64,000 nucleotides of DNA from positions 496,001 to 560,000 of the forward strand of contig JAPETS010000011.1 in the NCBI GenBank assembly GCA_026023565.1. The letters run 5' to 3'. Numbering within the stretch: position 1 is the stretch's first letter; every line of letters begins with the position of its first letter. Shown piece by piece: positions 51,603-62,576 of the stretch. The stretch comes from Cirrosporium novae-zelandiae (Eukaryota). The translations under genes and the position numbers were made by a program. The notes under the pieces were generated by a model. It did not search any database and was not told where the DNA came from. It saw only the letters and a program-made list of their open reading frames with translations.

Positions 51603-52388
51603 ATGCATTACCTCAGTTACATGTTATTCGTGGCTGCTGCTGAGGCTGGCTTAATTGTTGATGGTGATGCAAGGTAATATGGATATGATAAATATGTTTT
51701 CTTCAACTGACACAAGTATAGCATCAATGCCCAAATTTCTGGTGTACCAACAAATGTCGAATTCAGTGTGAATATCGATCTCAACACCAAGCAGTCCAAA
51801 GCATATTCTACAACCGCTGGCGGTTCTGGAATCCTCAGTTCTTGGTTCACTGGATCAATCCTAGACCAAAGTCTATTCACTACTACTTCTTCTACCCAGG
51901 TTCGAGTTTTCCCTATTTTAGAAACTTAATTCTATACTAAATGATGGCAGGGCGCCATATCTTCACTTCCGATTTATAAAAGTATATTCTCCAACAATCA
52001 GTCTTCTCTAGTTGCAATGTCAAATTCTATTCAGAGCTCAGGAACTGCCACCACGAAAGACCAAATTGTATCGTCGGGTCGTGGCTATTACTCTACTTAT
52101 AGCCTGGTACCAACCTCTATACCACCAGGCGTTTTCTTTACGGGCCTACCCGCCCAGACTGGAGGAACTTCAGCGTCACTTGATTTAATTATTTCTTCTT
52201 TGCTGAATGCCAATTCTTCAAGTAAAATAACGTATTCGAAACCTACACTTCGGTTCACTCCTGTTGCGACTACCTCGCCGCTGGCCTCGACTCCTGCAAA
52301 TTCTGGAGCTGCATGGTTATTAGCTTCAAAAGGATCATACACATTGGTTATATTGGCAATTTGTTTTTTTAGTTGGACTCTTTTCTAG
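51603..52388 (+). CDS. Secreted Ser/Thr-rich, probably GPI-anchored surface protein, ~3 exons
   Basis: Signal-like MHYLSYMLFVAAAEAG, introns starting near 51674 and 51900, an S/T-rich body and C-terminal NSGAA...YTLVILAICFFSWTLF (GPI signal-like). Confidence 0.6.
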
Positions 52389-53249
52389 GATTCTTTAGGT
52401 ATATAGTAACCCTCTTCTACGGATGATTATTACCTCTGAGAGGTAGCAGAATATCAACAACAATATAGTGATTTACTATATAACAGTCGTAAAGCAAGAA
52501 ATACCTCAGCTTAGAGATAAACCCTAGTATAGAGCTTGATATTTTGAATTATGCGCATCAATTACTATAATAATACTTATAATTACTATGGCAGAGTAGG
52601 TTGTCAACCCTACTTTGCTGCATGTAGTCTCACCCCAAAAAGTGATATTTGTTTTTGTTTGGTTATAAAAGCAAGCGAGCGAGCGAGTTACCAAGATTAT
52701 CGATCCTTTTATTATTCTAGATTGACCAATTACTTAGTTACCAATTGAAACTGTTATCTACGAATTATCTATATTCAGTACGCATGCGAATATCATGAAC
52801 AGAAGCTTTAGTCTACTAGTTGGGCTTTCCCCTATGCCTAAATCTTGAAAGTTCGTACACCCCATGAGCATGCAGACCCGCTCCACCACACTACAATGTA
52901 TAAAATTAAAAAAAATCTTCCAGCAAACGTTTTGGAATATATTGTACTCTATATACAGTAAGCAGGAAATCTTATATTCAGTTTCCCGTTTATTTTGCCT
53001 ACTGAAAGTCCTGGTCGCATGTTTGAGTGTGCACTCGCTTAATTCTTCAATGTCGTGCAATTCACCCTCGGGCGCTTCGAAAAAGCTAAACTCACCCCAT
53101 CACCCGAATTAATTTTAGAGACCGCAACTGTTGCTTCAATTTGGGGTTAAAACTCCCAGTTGCTATTTCATCTCCTAAATATTTAAATTCCTAATGTACC
53201 AATACCTTCACGTATTAATGCTAGTTTATTACTTTCAAGCTTAGTCAAG

Positions 53250-54032
53250 ATGCATTACTACGCAGAATTACTATTTGCGATTTTTGCAATTTTCAACAGT
53301 ACTCAATGCCACTCTTGGGTAGAAGACCTTTCCGTGATCAACATTGAAGGCGATCTCACGGGTTCCCCTGGATACTCCCGTGGGTATGTGCAGCGGACCT
53401 TAATTTTTGATGATCAAGCTATTCCGAATCCATTATTCAGCGATGACACCATGACTTATTTACTACCTCCAAATGGACGTCCAGGTAATGATTTCCTTCC
53501 TACAGATCTAATTTGTATGTCTAGCCAAGATTCCCGTAACGAGACAGTAAGCAGCCCTATATTGCGAGCCTCCCCAGGTTCTCGAGTCGTCGTACGGTAC
53601 CAAGAAAATGGACATGTTACTTTGCAAACTCCAATAGGAAAACCTCCGAAGGCTGGAAAGACTTTTATATACGGTACAAACGAATCATCCCCATCGGATA
53701 CCTTGCACAAGATTCACAATGTTTGGACACGAGATGGAACAGGTGGTAATGGACGGGGCACACTTTTATCGGAGCAGACTTTTGATGACGGAAGGTGCTA
53801 CGCTGATAACGGTTCTTTTAAGGCGGAGAGGCGAAAAGCTGTTGCAGGATATCCTTCAGACCCAATTCAAGGGGCTAATCTTTGGTGTCGAAATGAGATT
53901 TTGCTCCCGGCTCGTCTTAATCCAGGTAGTATCTACACGGTATATTGGGTGTGGGATTGGCCGACAGTTGCGGATGGAAAGAATGGAAAGAAGGAATTAT
54001 ATACAACATGTATTGACATCGAAATAGTGTGA
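53250..54032 (+). CDS. Secreted protein with N-terminal His after the signal peptide (DUF7492-like, LPMO-like)
   Basis: Signal peptide followed by HSWVE, then YQENGHV, FDDGRCY, YTVYWVWDWP and ELYTTCID. Confidence 0.75.
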   Translation: MHYYAELLFAIFAIFNSTQCHSWVEDLSVINIEGDLTGSPGYSRGYVQRTLIFDDQAIPNPLFSDDTMTYLLPPNGRPGNDFLPTDLICMSSQDSRNETVSSPILRASPGSRVVVRYQENGHVTLQTPIGKPPKAGKTFIYGTNESSPSDTLHKIHNVWTRDGTGGNGRGTLLSEQTFDDGRCYADNGSFKAERRKAVAGYPSDPIQGANLWCRNEILLPARLNPGSIYTVYWVWDWPTVADGKNGKKELYTTCIDIEIV

Positions 54033-54033
54033 C

Positions 54034-54155
54034 TTTGCTCCCAGCTCGTCTTAGTCCTGGTAGCATCTACACGGCCTATTAGGTGTGGGATTGACTGACA
54101 GCTGCGGATAGAAAGAAGGAATTATATACAACATATATCGATATCGACATAGTGT
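54034..54155 (+). repeat. Degenerate tandem duplicate of the last ~130 bp (53900-54030) of the upstream gene
   Basis: Collinear match with a 9-bp gap. Two TGG codons have become TAG and TGA. Confidence 0.9.
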
Positions 54156-54174
54156 TTTTTATCTAAATACTATA

Positions 54175-54630
54175 TCAAAACAGTTTCACTTCGTCTCCTT
54201 CCAGTTCACTAGGCTTGATTCCCCAATACTCCAACATATCCCGTTCTGACATAGCGACTTTCTCCGACAGAGTTTGTAGAGCCCGTTCCAATTGTTGATA
54301 GATATCGATCGTAGTAGCATGAAGATCAAGCAGACCCTGGCGAGTTTCTTTGAAGTAAGAGATTTCCTGTCGAAGGTAACCGTTCTCACGAACAAGCTCT
54401 TCTATCCGCTTAGAATAATCTGGCTGCGGATCACGCTTGGCTTTCTCGACACGGTGTCGTAGAATCTCTAACCCAGAGGATGTCCCTCCGTGGCGTGCGA
54501 TGCGATGATCAAGGGAAGTGACTTCTGCTGGTGTTCCCAAAGCCCGTCTATCTTGTGGACGAGGATTGCTTGAGAGTGCTGGCAAAGATATTTTCCGGCG
54601 AGGGCTCCCATGATGAGGAGATTGATCCAT
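54175..54630 (-). CDS. Hypothetical coiled-coil protein
   Basis: ORF from MDQSPHHGSPRRK with heptads RIEELVRENGYLRQEI. Divergent from the kinase-like gene. Confidence 0.6.
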   Translation of the reverse strand: MDQSPHHGSPRRKISLPALSSNPRPQDRRALGTPAEVTSLDHRIARHGGTSSGLEILRHRVEKAKRDPQPDYSKRIEELVRENGYLRQEISYFKETRQGLLDLHATTIDIYQQLERALQTLSEKVAMSERDMLEYWGIKPSELEGDEVKLF

Positions 54631-54853
54631 TAATTTGGTATAAGATCTATTAATGTTGAGATTTAAAGGTTTGATATGCTCGTGATGCTTGTAGTCCATT
54701 GTGATGATGCAAATAAGACATAGTACCATTGTTATATATGCACCCGTTATCGGCTCGCTGAGCCGATTTGGGAGCTACAGGTTCCATAAATATTGTCAGG
54801 CAAATTCTATCTACTTAGATGTTATCTTCAATTTCCGACCGATATTGTCAATT

Positions 54854-55951
54854 ATGGAAGAAAATTCTTTACAACGAACCGCAACTCGATTTCCTCGCAG
54901 GGAAGGGGGATCCTTAAGGGAATATACTATTACACCCTCTCCACCAGATCGAAAACGCAAGTTCCCCGATCAAAGTACACCGCGACCCCCACGGCTTCCT
55001 TTGGGCATTCATACAACCTCTTCTTTTACCACTAAAACGCCAACCAGCTTTGCTCATACTAGTAATCCTTGGAATGAGTATCAAGCCTTTATCAAAGAAG
55101 ATATGGCTGGAGATGCCATCATTGCCTATGAAAAAAACCCTAGTTTCAAAGTGGTGGTGATAAAGGAAAGAAAGTTGAAAAACCCTCAGTCCATAAAAAA
55201 TCTTCATCGTGTCTTTCATACAAATATTGTTGCCTTGCTGCATTATTATCAAAATAATGATAGCATATTCTTCATTTATGAAGTTACCAATGTTTCCTTG
55301 GCACATTTGGTGGCCTCGTCCTGTGGCAAGCTAGAGGATTATGAAATTGCCGCCTTCTGCAAAGAGGTCAAACTCTCAGAACTCCTTTGATTCAAGCAGC
55401 TTAATTTATTAGGTACTCGAGGGTCTAAACTATATCCATCGAGTAATCAAAATAGCACACGAGACAATAAATTGCGATAACATTCTTCTCACAAGAGATG
55501 GGACGGTTAAAATTGGTATGAGAGCCCGCTTAGTTTCCTTTCTCGGTTGCTAATACAAACCAGCCAATATCGGTGACAGCATGTTGGATGATTCTGAGGG
55601 ACCATTAGAAGCTCGACAATGGCAAGATATCCAAGCAGTTGGCTATCTTATGACAGCTGTGATGGAACCTGGAACTAGCTTTGCTAAACCTAATACTATA
55701 GAGTTACAATTCCCCGAAAAATGGAAGCCATATGTGTTGCAATTTTTGCAAAAAACAACTTCAAAAAATCTACAAAACCTCTTACAAGTAAATATTCCGA
55801 GACGTGATTTGCCTACAGCTGCTGATGCTCACAGGACGATTTTTTAAGACTTTCTCCGGGCTCTGGTTGCTTGATTCCTCATGTTTGGATTGCTGAGAGG
55901 ACTGTTTACAAAGAGTGGGATCTGTGTAAAGTTCAGGAAATATCTGTGTAG
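54854..55951 (+). CDS. Protein kinase-like (probable pseudokinase), 4 exons
   Basis: VVVIKE, HTNIVALL, FFIYE, IAAFCKE|VLEGLNYIH, AHETINCDNILLTRDGTVKI|ANIG and DIQAVGYLM. TAG at 55949-55951. Confidence 0.78.
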
Positions 55952-56016
55952 CATTGCGACTTACCAGAGTCGTTAATATCAAAAAAAAGTAAATAGCAGA
56001 AACAAAATAACAATGA

Positions 56017-56484
56017 TTACGCTCTGTAATGCTTCCGCTTCCTAGCACGACCTTCTTCCTTTCGTGTCCTTCTGCAATCTATTTCTGTTTCGTCCTCCTC
56101 CTTGATCATAAAAATATTCATTCCATCGTCTCTCTCGGTCTTCACCGTGGAAATATTCCGCATACCTTGAATTGTCTGCTCAAGGGTTGCAATGCGTTCG
56201 TCTTTAGCCTTCACAGCAGCTTGCTCATCGGCTAAATGTTCGACCATGTCATCAAAATCGAGTTTGCGTCTCTGGTTGTCCATTTCAATACTCATCTGAA
56301 GATCCTCAAGCGCGTATTTCCGTTGTTCAACCTCGACCATTAGCTCGGCAAGATTTCGACATTTGCTTGCAGTCGCAGGAGATGTGGAAGGATTCGGTAG
56401 GAGATCAATAATACGGTTCAAAATTGGCCAGACACTGTCAAGCTTCCTTTGAGCGTCTTTGTATCGTTCTTCTTGAACATGCAA
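56017..56484 (-). CDS. Hypothetical coiled-coil protein (5' end uncertain)
   Basis: 155-aa helical ORF with a basic C-terminal tail (RARKRKH). Confidence 0.5.
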   Translation of the reverse strand: MHVQEERYKDAQRKLDSVWPILNRIIDLLPNPSTSPATASKCRNLAELMVEVEQRKYALEDLQMSIEMDNQRRKLDFDDMVEHLADEQAAVKAKDERIATLEQTIQGMRNISTVKTERDDGMNIFMIKEEDETEIDCRRTRKEEGRARKRKHYRA

Positions 56485-57269
56485 AGCTTGGCGAACCTCT
56501 CGTAGTTGCTGTCGCTCCTCTAGAAGGTCGCTCTCATATTTGGTTCGAGTGGCTTCTGATTCTGAATAAAGGTACTGTAATTGTGCGTACTGAGCCTGCA
56601 GTTCACACAGTGCACCTTTGCTATTGTTTATATCGACCTGAACTTGCTGCCAGCTATAGCCAATCTGAAGTATATGCTGCTCTAGAGAATGCGCGTATCT
56701 CTGAGATGCATGTTCTCGGTCGAAACATTCTTTGATTAACTCTACGTCAGACTTTTGACGGCAAGGAGGCGGAAGTGGCGCTGGGGGCGGTGGATGCGGC
56801 GGTTTTGGCTGCAGCGGTCGGCACTGTATAGTAAATATCTGAGATTGTATAATGATTTTTTATTTGCGTACCTGTCTGAGTCTGTCTCCCTGGTTAAACA
56901 TAGTTATAGTATTGTGGCGGACGTTGGTCTCAGAAACGATCAGTCTTGATCTTACCTATTTTATAAAGAGAATGCTAGTCTTATTAACCAGTTTTTTTTT
57001 ATTATTATTCTAAGTCGCGCGATAGATCTACAAATAGAAATAGAGATTGGCGCCAGTTGAGAGAATAGGCAGTTCTGAAATTTTCTTATTCTATCGCTTG
57101 GCCGATTATTCACAGGTCCATGAGCTATAGCAGAAGCAAGTAGCCCCGCTATCATTTGTGCAAGCAAATCACGCTTCCCCGCCAGATGCTGGTCATAACT
57201 TCGCCTGCATGAGTCAGTGTGGGCTAAGACACAATCGTATGCGCCGTGCTTACTCGGATGAAGGGATTT

Positions 57270-57488
57270 TCATGGCACTTGTCCTCGGTTGACAAGTTCC
57301 TTCCATTTAGAGGTAATAGAGTCATAGGTTCGGGAACGATCAGCAGGGACATTCTTGTTGAATAAAGTACAAAGTTCATTCCAAGACATGAATGGTTGCT
57401 GGCTGCGTAAGGTTTTGAGAAGTTCCATTTCTTCATTTGACCAGCGAGACCAGAAGCGGCACAGTTCTTCTTGCTTGTTGGATGACAT
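57270..57488 (-). CDS. Small Myb/SANT-like protein
   Basis: RWSNEEMELLKTLR...SWNELCTLFN...RTYDSITSKW shows the three-Trp Myb helix-turn-helix spacing. Confidence 0.7.
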   Translation of the reverse strand: MSSNKQEELCRFWSRWSNEEMELLKTLRSQQPFMSWNELCTLFNKNVPADRSRTYDSITSKWKELVNRGQVP

Positions 57489-57967
57489 TGCTCCGTTGGT
57501 AAAATTATCAAAGACAGAAATAGCACGGGATAGAAGGAGGGTTGAAAATAATAATGTAAGGAGTGAATTCGCAATCAAGACATGCTGAAAATATGTATAT
57601 TTTTCTTTGCCGCATGGACACATGATCGGTATAAGATGTGATGTGATATTAATGACTTTAAAGTTGGTAGATGATAGGAGAGGTTGCCGCTCCCGGGTGA
57701 AGACTGGGGTCTGCATGCGCGTAGCTTAGATGGGTGACCTGCCTAAGGAGCCTAAAACCGGGGATCCGGATGCAGCTAAATTTTAACGTCGAAGCGCAAG
57801 AAGAGCCTCAGTGAAGTCAAAAATAATGGAGCGTTTGTAACCAATTATGGGAGTCTAGGTAAACAGGCCATCCCGCAACATGATAAAAGTACAGTCCTTT
57901 TCCGCGAACAATCTACGATCAACTTCAAAGAAACCCCAACTTTCATTTTCTCTTTTTTTGATTCAGA

Positions 57968-58273
57968 ATGGATGTAGCGAAGCCAATGACAGACGAAGAA
58001 TGGGACAGCTTGCTCGAAGAATTGTGTAACGATGAGGCGATGGACGACATGAATGCGATCGACTTCAATCCCGATTTCGATTTCGGAAATGCCGAGCCCC
58101 TCTCTGACAGCGATTTCCAGGAGTATCAGCCGATGGGTGATTATCTATTCGAACAAACTGCCGAGCTTGATAACACGAATGCTGTGCCGCAACTAGTCCC
58201 AGATAACCTCGCTCAACAAGGCCCTTCATTGGAGGAGGTATTCGCAGCCGTCGAAGGATTGCAGAAACAGTGA
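57968..58273 (+). CDS. Hypothetical acidic protein (first exon; may continue after an intron)
   Basis: D/E-rich 101-aa ORF ending at a likely GTGAGC donor. Confidence 0.45.
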   Translation: MDVAKPMTDEEWDSLLEELCNDEAMDDMNAIDFNPDFDFGNAEPLSDSDFQEYQPMGDYLFEQTAELDNTNAVPQLVPDNLAQQGPSLEEVFAAVEGLQKQ

Positions 58274-58614
58274 GCTTAACTATTCCCATTAAACCGCAGC
58301 CGTTAACTGTGTCTAGAATCGAAACGCTATCAAGGTTCGGAAAGAAATCCCCCCTATAGGAACAGAGTGCTGTGGATTAACAAGACTAGGAAAATCGATA
58401 GAGCGTGGGAATATCTTGAAGAGCTGCAACCGTGGACTTCGAACATTAGTAGTGATATCGATAATTTGAGTCATAGGATTGGGAAGGGCCTGAACCAATA
58501 GAGTAGATAGGTGCATCCGGTCTGAGCAGGCTCTCAACGGAATGGAGGGTTATTTAAATAGAGTACAATCTTACAGAGAATCTTTGCAAACAACCTTCTT
58601 TAATACTTTCAAAA

Positions 58615-58926
58615 ATGCCTAGTAACAGTCCATGGTCCAAAAACGAGAAAGCAATTCTGATATATTTCGCGTCTCGGGGTGTACATCATCAAGCATGCGC
58701 CGACCTAATCAACCATAAATGCAATTCGGTGCGAAGCGTAAGCGGAGCACGTGACCAAATCAAGAAAATCCGGAAAGAACATCCGGAACTCCGCTACGAG
58801 GATACCAATGAATGGAATATCTGCGCTGTCGATGGCTGGCTGGAAGCCCAGAACATCCCAAATCTCCCTGGCCTTGTTATGCTTTGGAAGGAGGAGGAAG
58901 AGTTGGTTAGCAAGGTAAAAATCTAA
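58615..58926 (+). CDS. Small Myb/SANT-like HTH protein
   Basis: PWSKNEKAILIYF...ACADLI...RSVSGARDQIKKIR. A short extra exon may follow AAG|GTAAAA. Confidence 0.55.
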   Translation: MPSNSPWSKNEKAILIYFASRGVHHQACADLINHKCNSVRSVSGARDQIKKIRKEHPELRYEDTNEWNICAVDGWLEAQNIPNLPGLVMLWKEEEELVSKVKI

Positions 58927-59223
58927 TTTATTTCCGCACACATGGTTCTTACCAATTCAAATTTAGTATCAGCCTCTGAATATAATCTTACCAAACCTCT
59001 TCTACCCATCAATTATTCCCCATCTATCTTACGGGCAGCCTTAAGAAACCTTATTTCTTCCTAGTTGTTGTTATGTTGGCTTATGTTTGCGGCGTTACAG
59101 TTGAGTTGATGTTCATGGATGGACTTTCAAGGAAGGAATTTCTTTTTAATTGTTGGCACTATATATGTACTTCATAACAAATTACTACTTTATAGGCAAA
59201 ATGCATCTAAAGTTCAGTTCCCC

Positions 59224-62200
59224 TTAGACTGGTTTCCTGCGAACATCGTGAGATGAACTTCCTTTTCGCTTTTTTATAGGCGGCCCGGAAACAGCTGATC
59301 TACCAGCATAGCAGATAAATGTTTGATATTTTCTATGATCAGCATATCCAAAATGGCAGTCCAGCTGCTGCTGCTTGACAAACCAAGCCAATGTTTGGGG
59401 GAAGCCGCTTATTTTGCGACGCGTCTGCTTCCCAAGTTTCATGTATATGGTGATAATATCGTTTGGGTGTCGTACGCAAAATTGAACTTCTCTGTGATAC
59501 ATGTGACATACCATGCAGATATACTGGCCCACGTCACAAAGGATTTCACTGTCAGTTGTAAACTGTAAATCTCGTGTACACAGCTTGTGGAGTGCTTCCA
59601 CAATGGCGGTACCGTTATGACGGCACCTAATAGTCCCGTAACAGCGATAGACTCCGAACTCATAGCGTGGCAGGGTTGATAATTCGAAAAAGAAAGATGA
59701 AATTAATAGAGCCGTAGCTGCTCCTATTCGACCCTGGGTACCCTCTGGTTGTAGATGTACGCTCCGCCGTAGTTTATCCATGCCATCGACATCATCCATG
59801 GTTGATTGATTTGCTTGTAATAATATGTTGAACCGAAAGTAATCGGAACGCGCGTTTTCATCCAAACCATTCATTAGCTGGCGCCAAGTCTCCTCACCAT
59901 CCGTTGATGACATAAACGAACGGTAAATTCGGAGGAGGAAGCCGTCTTTAAAGACGTTGCGGAAATGAGGAGCATTTGGAGACTTAGGAAATTGTTCGGT
60001 TCCGGTACCAAGCGATACAACAACATCAGGACCGCGGTTTGAAGGCCATATTTGTCGACTTTCCCAAAGAGCGAGGTTGACGGGATTGTTATATTTCAGA
60101 CCACCATCTTGAAAAGCTCCGATGGCAGCTATATGAGCTGGTTGAAAGAGACTGTCTCAAGATTAGATAGGAAATATAGTAAAAAGAAAAAAAACCTCAC
60201 GATGGTGCTGCCGATGTTGCTCGAGCACTTAATTATATTAGTCACCTTTAATTATGCTCTTAGGTGTAACTTACGCCTCCCAGAGAAAAGGTTCATTTTC
60301 CACCTCGCTTGACCTTAAATGCTTGTACCCTAATCTTCAGTTAGCATCAGACAACCTAAGGGCGAATGGTGCTCTACCGCAATCTTTACTCCTTACTCCA
60401 ACTCCATTATAATTAGAGAATAGAAATGGGGACGCATCTGAGATCGATGAAGTAGTTACCGCGACTTTGACTCCCGAAGACCCAGAATTGACGGTGTCGA
60501 ATACTCGTTGAGTAGACCCAAAGGTATGTTGCAGCAATGTCTCGTAGTCTTTGGCATTGTATTTTCCATCGGAAAAGTAACATGTCAGCAGTTTTCGTAA
60601 ACGACCAAAAATCGTATGTTGGCTATTCTGCGACGTGAAGAATGTCTTGACGAGAATATCAAAAATTTTGCCACATTTGTCAATATCCCAACGACAGAGA
60701 AACAGGCATAATATAATCAGACCCCCTAGATATATCAGCGAAGGTCACCAACTACATCAGTTTTCATACCCGAGCTAGTACCGAAAGCCATATCAAAGAA
60801 GTCCTGCAGGGGGCAATCTGGGCCAATGGTTTCTTGGAGCAATTTGATGGACTCGAGAGGGATCACTCCACGGGAACCCCCTCCATCGATGGCCAAGATA
60901 CGAACCCCCCCAGTAGGGGGTTTGAGACGTGCAATGAGGGATCCTTTCGAAACGCATAGAATGCAGAAATCAATTTTATAGTGATATTCGAAACCGGCAA
61001 TTTGTTTGCCAAAAATTCGAACGCAGGTGTCACAGATCGAATGTCCACAGCTAAGAACATGTTCTGGACACCGACGAAGACAATACAAGCATGTTCTGTT
61101 CGATTTGATTTGCACCCATTGAGCACAATGAATTCGGGAGTTTTCCATGTGTAGTCGATATGTAACTATCTGATTTGCCGTGAAAGCTTCGAATAGGTAT
61201 TGGAGATAGACTTTGATGCGATGACACCCAGCATCGGCGAACTGTTGGCCATGGCCTGACAAGGCCTGCAGGCAAGAATCCTTGTAAAGCTTATCGAATA
61301 TAATGTGGACTGGGAAGCCTGAACATGTTAGATGCGACGGTACATATCGAAGAATGTACCTACAATGCATTCCAGGAGGATACATATCCATCAAGATACT
61401 AGATGCAATAAAAGAAGTGATGCTTTCTATAGAGAACCTGCGTTCCAACGTAAGGCGAAAAAAAACGGCCAGATGGTCTTGATAATCAGGAAGAATCATA
61501 TTACTTTCCCGTGTAGCATGAATAAAACTGAACGGTTCAACTAGCGTGCTGGCACAGTGCTGCAAAGCCAGGGTAAAAAATGCTTCCAAATGAACGGCAG
61601 AAAACTGACAGCGACTGGCTGCGCGTATCGCCTGCATCTCATCGGAATGTCTAACAAGTGCTTGTTTGAGACGGAGATGTCGTGCCATAGGAGAGAGATG
61701 GTGGCCAGCAAGGCGAATGAACGAAACAGAGGAGAAAGTCTCCGTAAACATTTGGAATCTCCCTTCCAGGTAATCCTTTTCAAACAAACCAAACGGACTT
61801 CCACTGTCATATTTTGAGGATACAATTACCAAACGAGGCCGAATTTGTTTAGGAAGATCCGAGCTTGCATTGATGTTGATCCAAGATAGTAGCCGTGTTG
61901 AAACATGTTCAAGGTCGTCAAAATCATCGGCAAATACGACGACGATATCACAGAAAGGGTATATCAATCGAGTAAAAAGAAGATCTAGAATTTGAGGGAC
62001 TGGGTCGCATGGCCAGCATGTAGGATACTCAAAGGTTTCATGACAGTCAACAAAATGAGATGGGTTAAGTTTGGATTGAAAAGGGTCGCTATCCGCAAAA
62101 TAGATGGGATGCCCGGAGGATATAGTGTTTGTGTCCACTCGAAGGTTGCAGATTCCATTGCTTTTGTTCCTTTTAATATTGTTTTTGGAGAATAATTCTT

Positions 62201-62369
62201 TGATCGCTAAATCTTTGGCCTGTCGTCCAAGAAAGAATTGAAGGCTTGGATATTGCTCGGAAGGGTTAGTCAGCTCCGCCACAATCGTTTTCATTCGTTT
62301 CTCGTCGCGAAGGCATATCTGTTGCCGAACTGCAAGTTGCAACCAGGCAACATGCTCGCAGACAGGCAT
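59224..62369 (-). CDS. Patatin-like phospholipase with long N-terminal region and RING-like Cys/His cluster, multi-exon
   Basis: ILAIDGGGSRG, FDMAFGTSSG (GxSxG), ARATSAAP, FQDGGLKYNNP (~60085-60115), VVSLGTG and CLYCLRRCPEHVLSCGHSICDTC. Likely start MPVCEHVAWL. Confidence 0.9.
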
Positions 62370-62576
62370 AATGTGTCGATTAAATTGTTTGTGGCCGATG
62401 GGTAAAGAATAATCTGGAATTACTTCAGCATTTATGGATCTGGAAGTTGCTAAATTTAACATCTGGTTGCTCTGGCAGAGCCGTTTCCGACTCCAAGGGA
62501 GCTTCGGTTTTGAAGTCATTTTTAGTTGACACGTTTCAACATAATATCTCAATTTGGGTGAGTTCAGCACATCACT

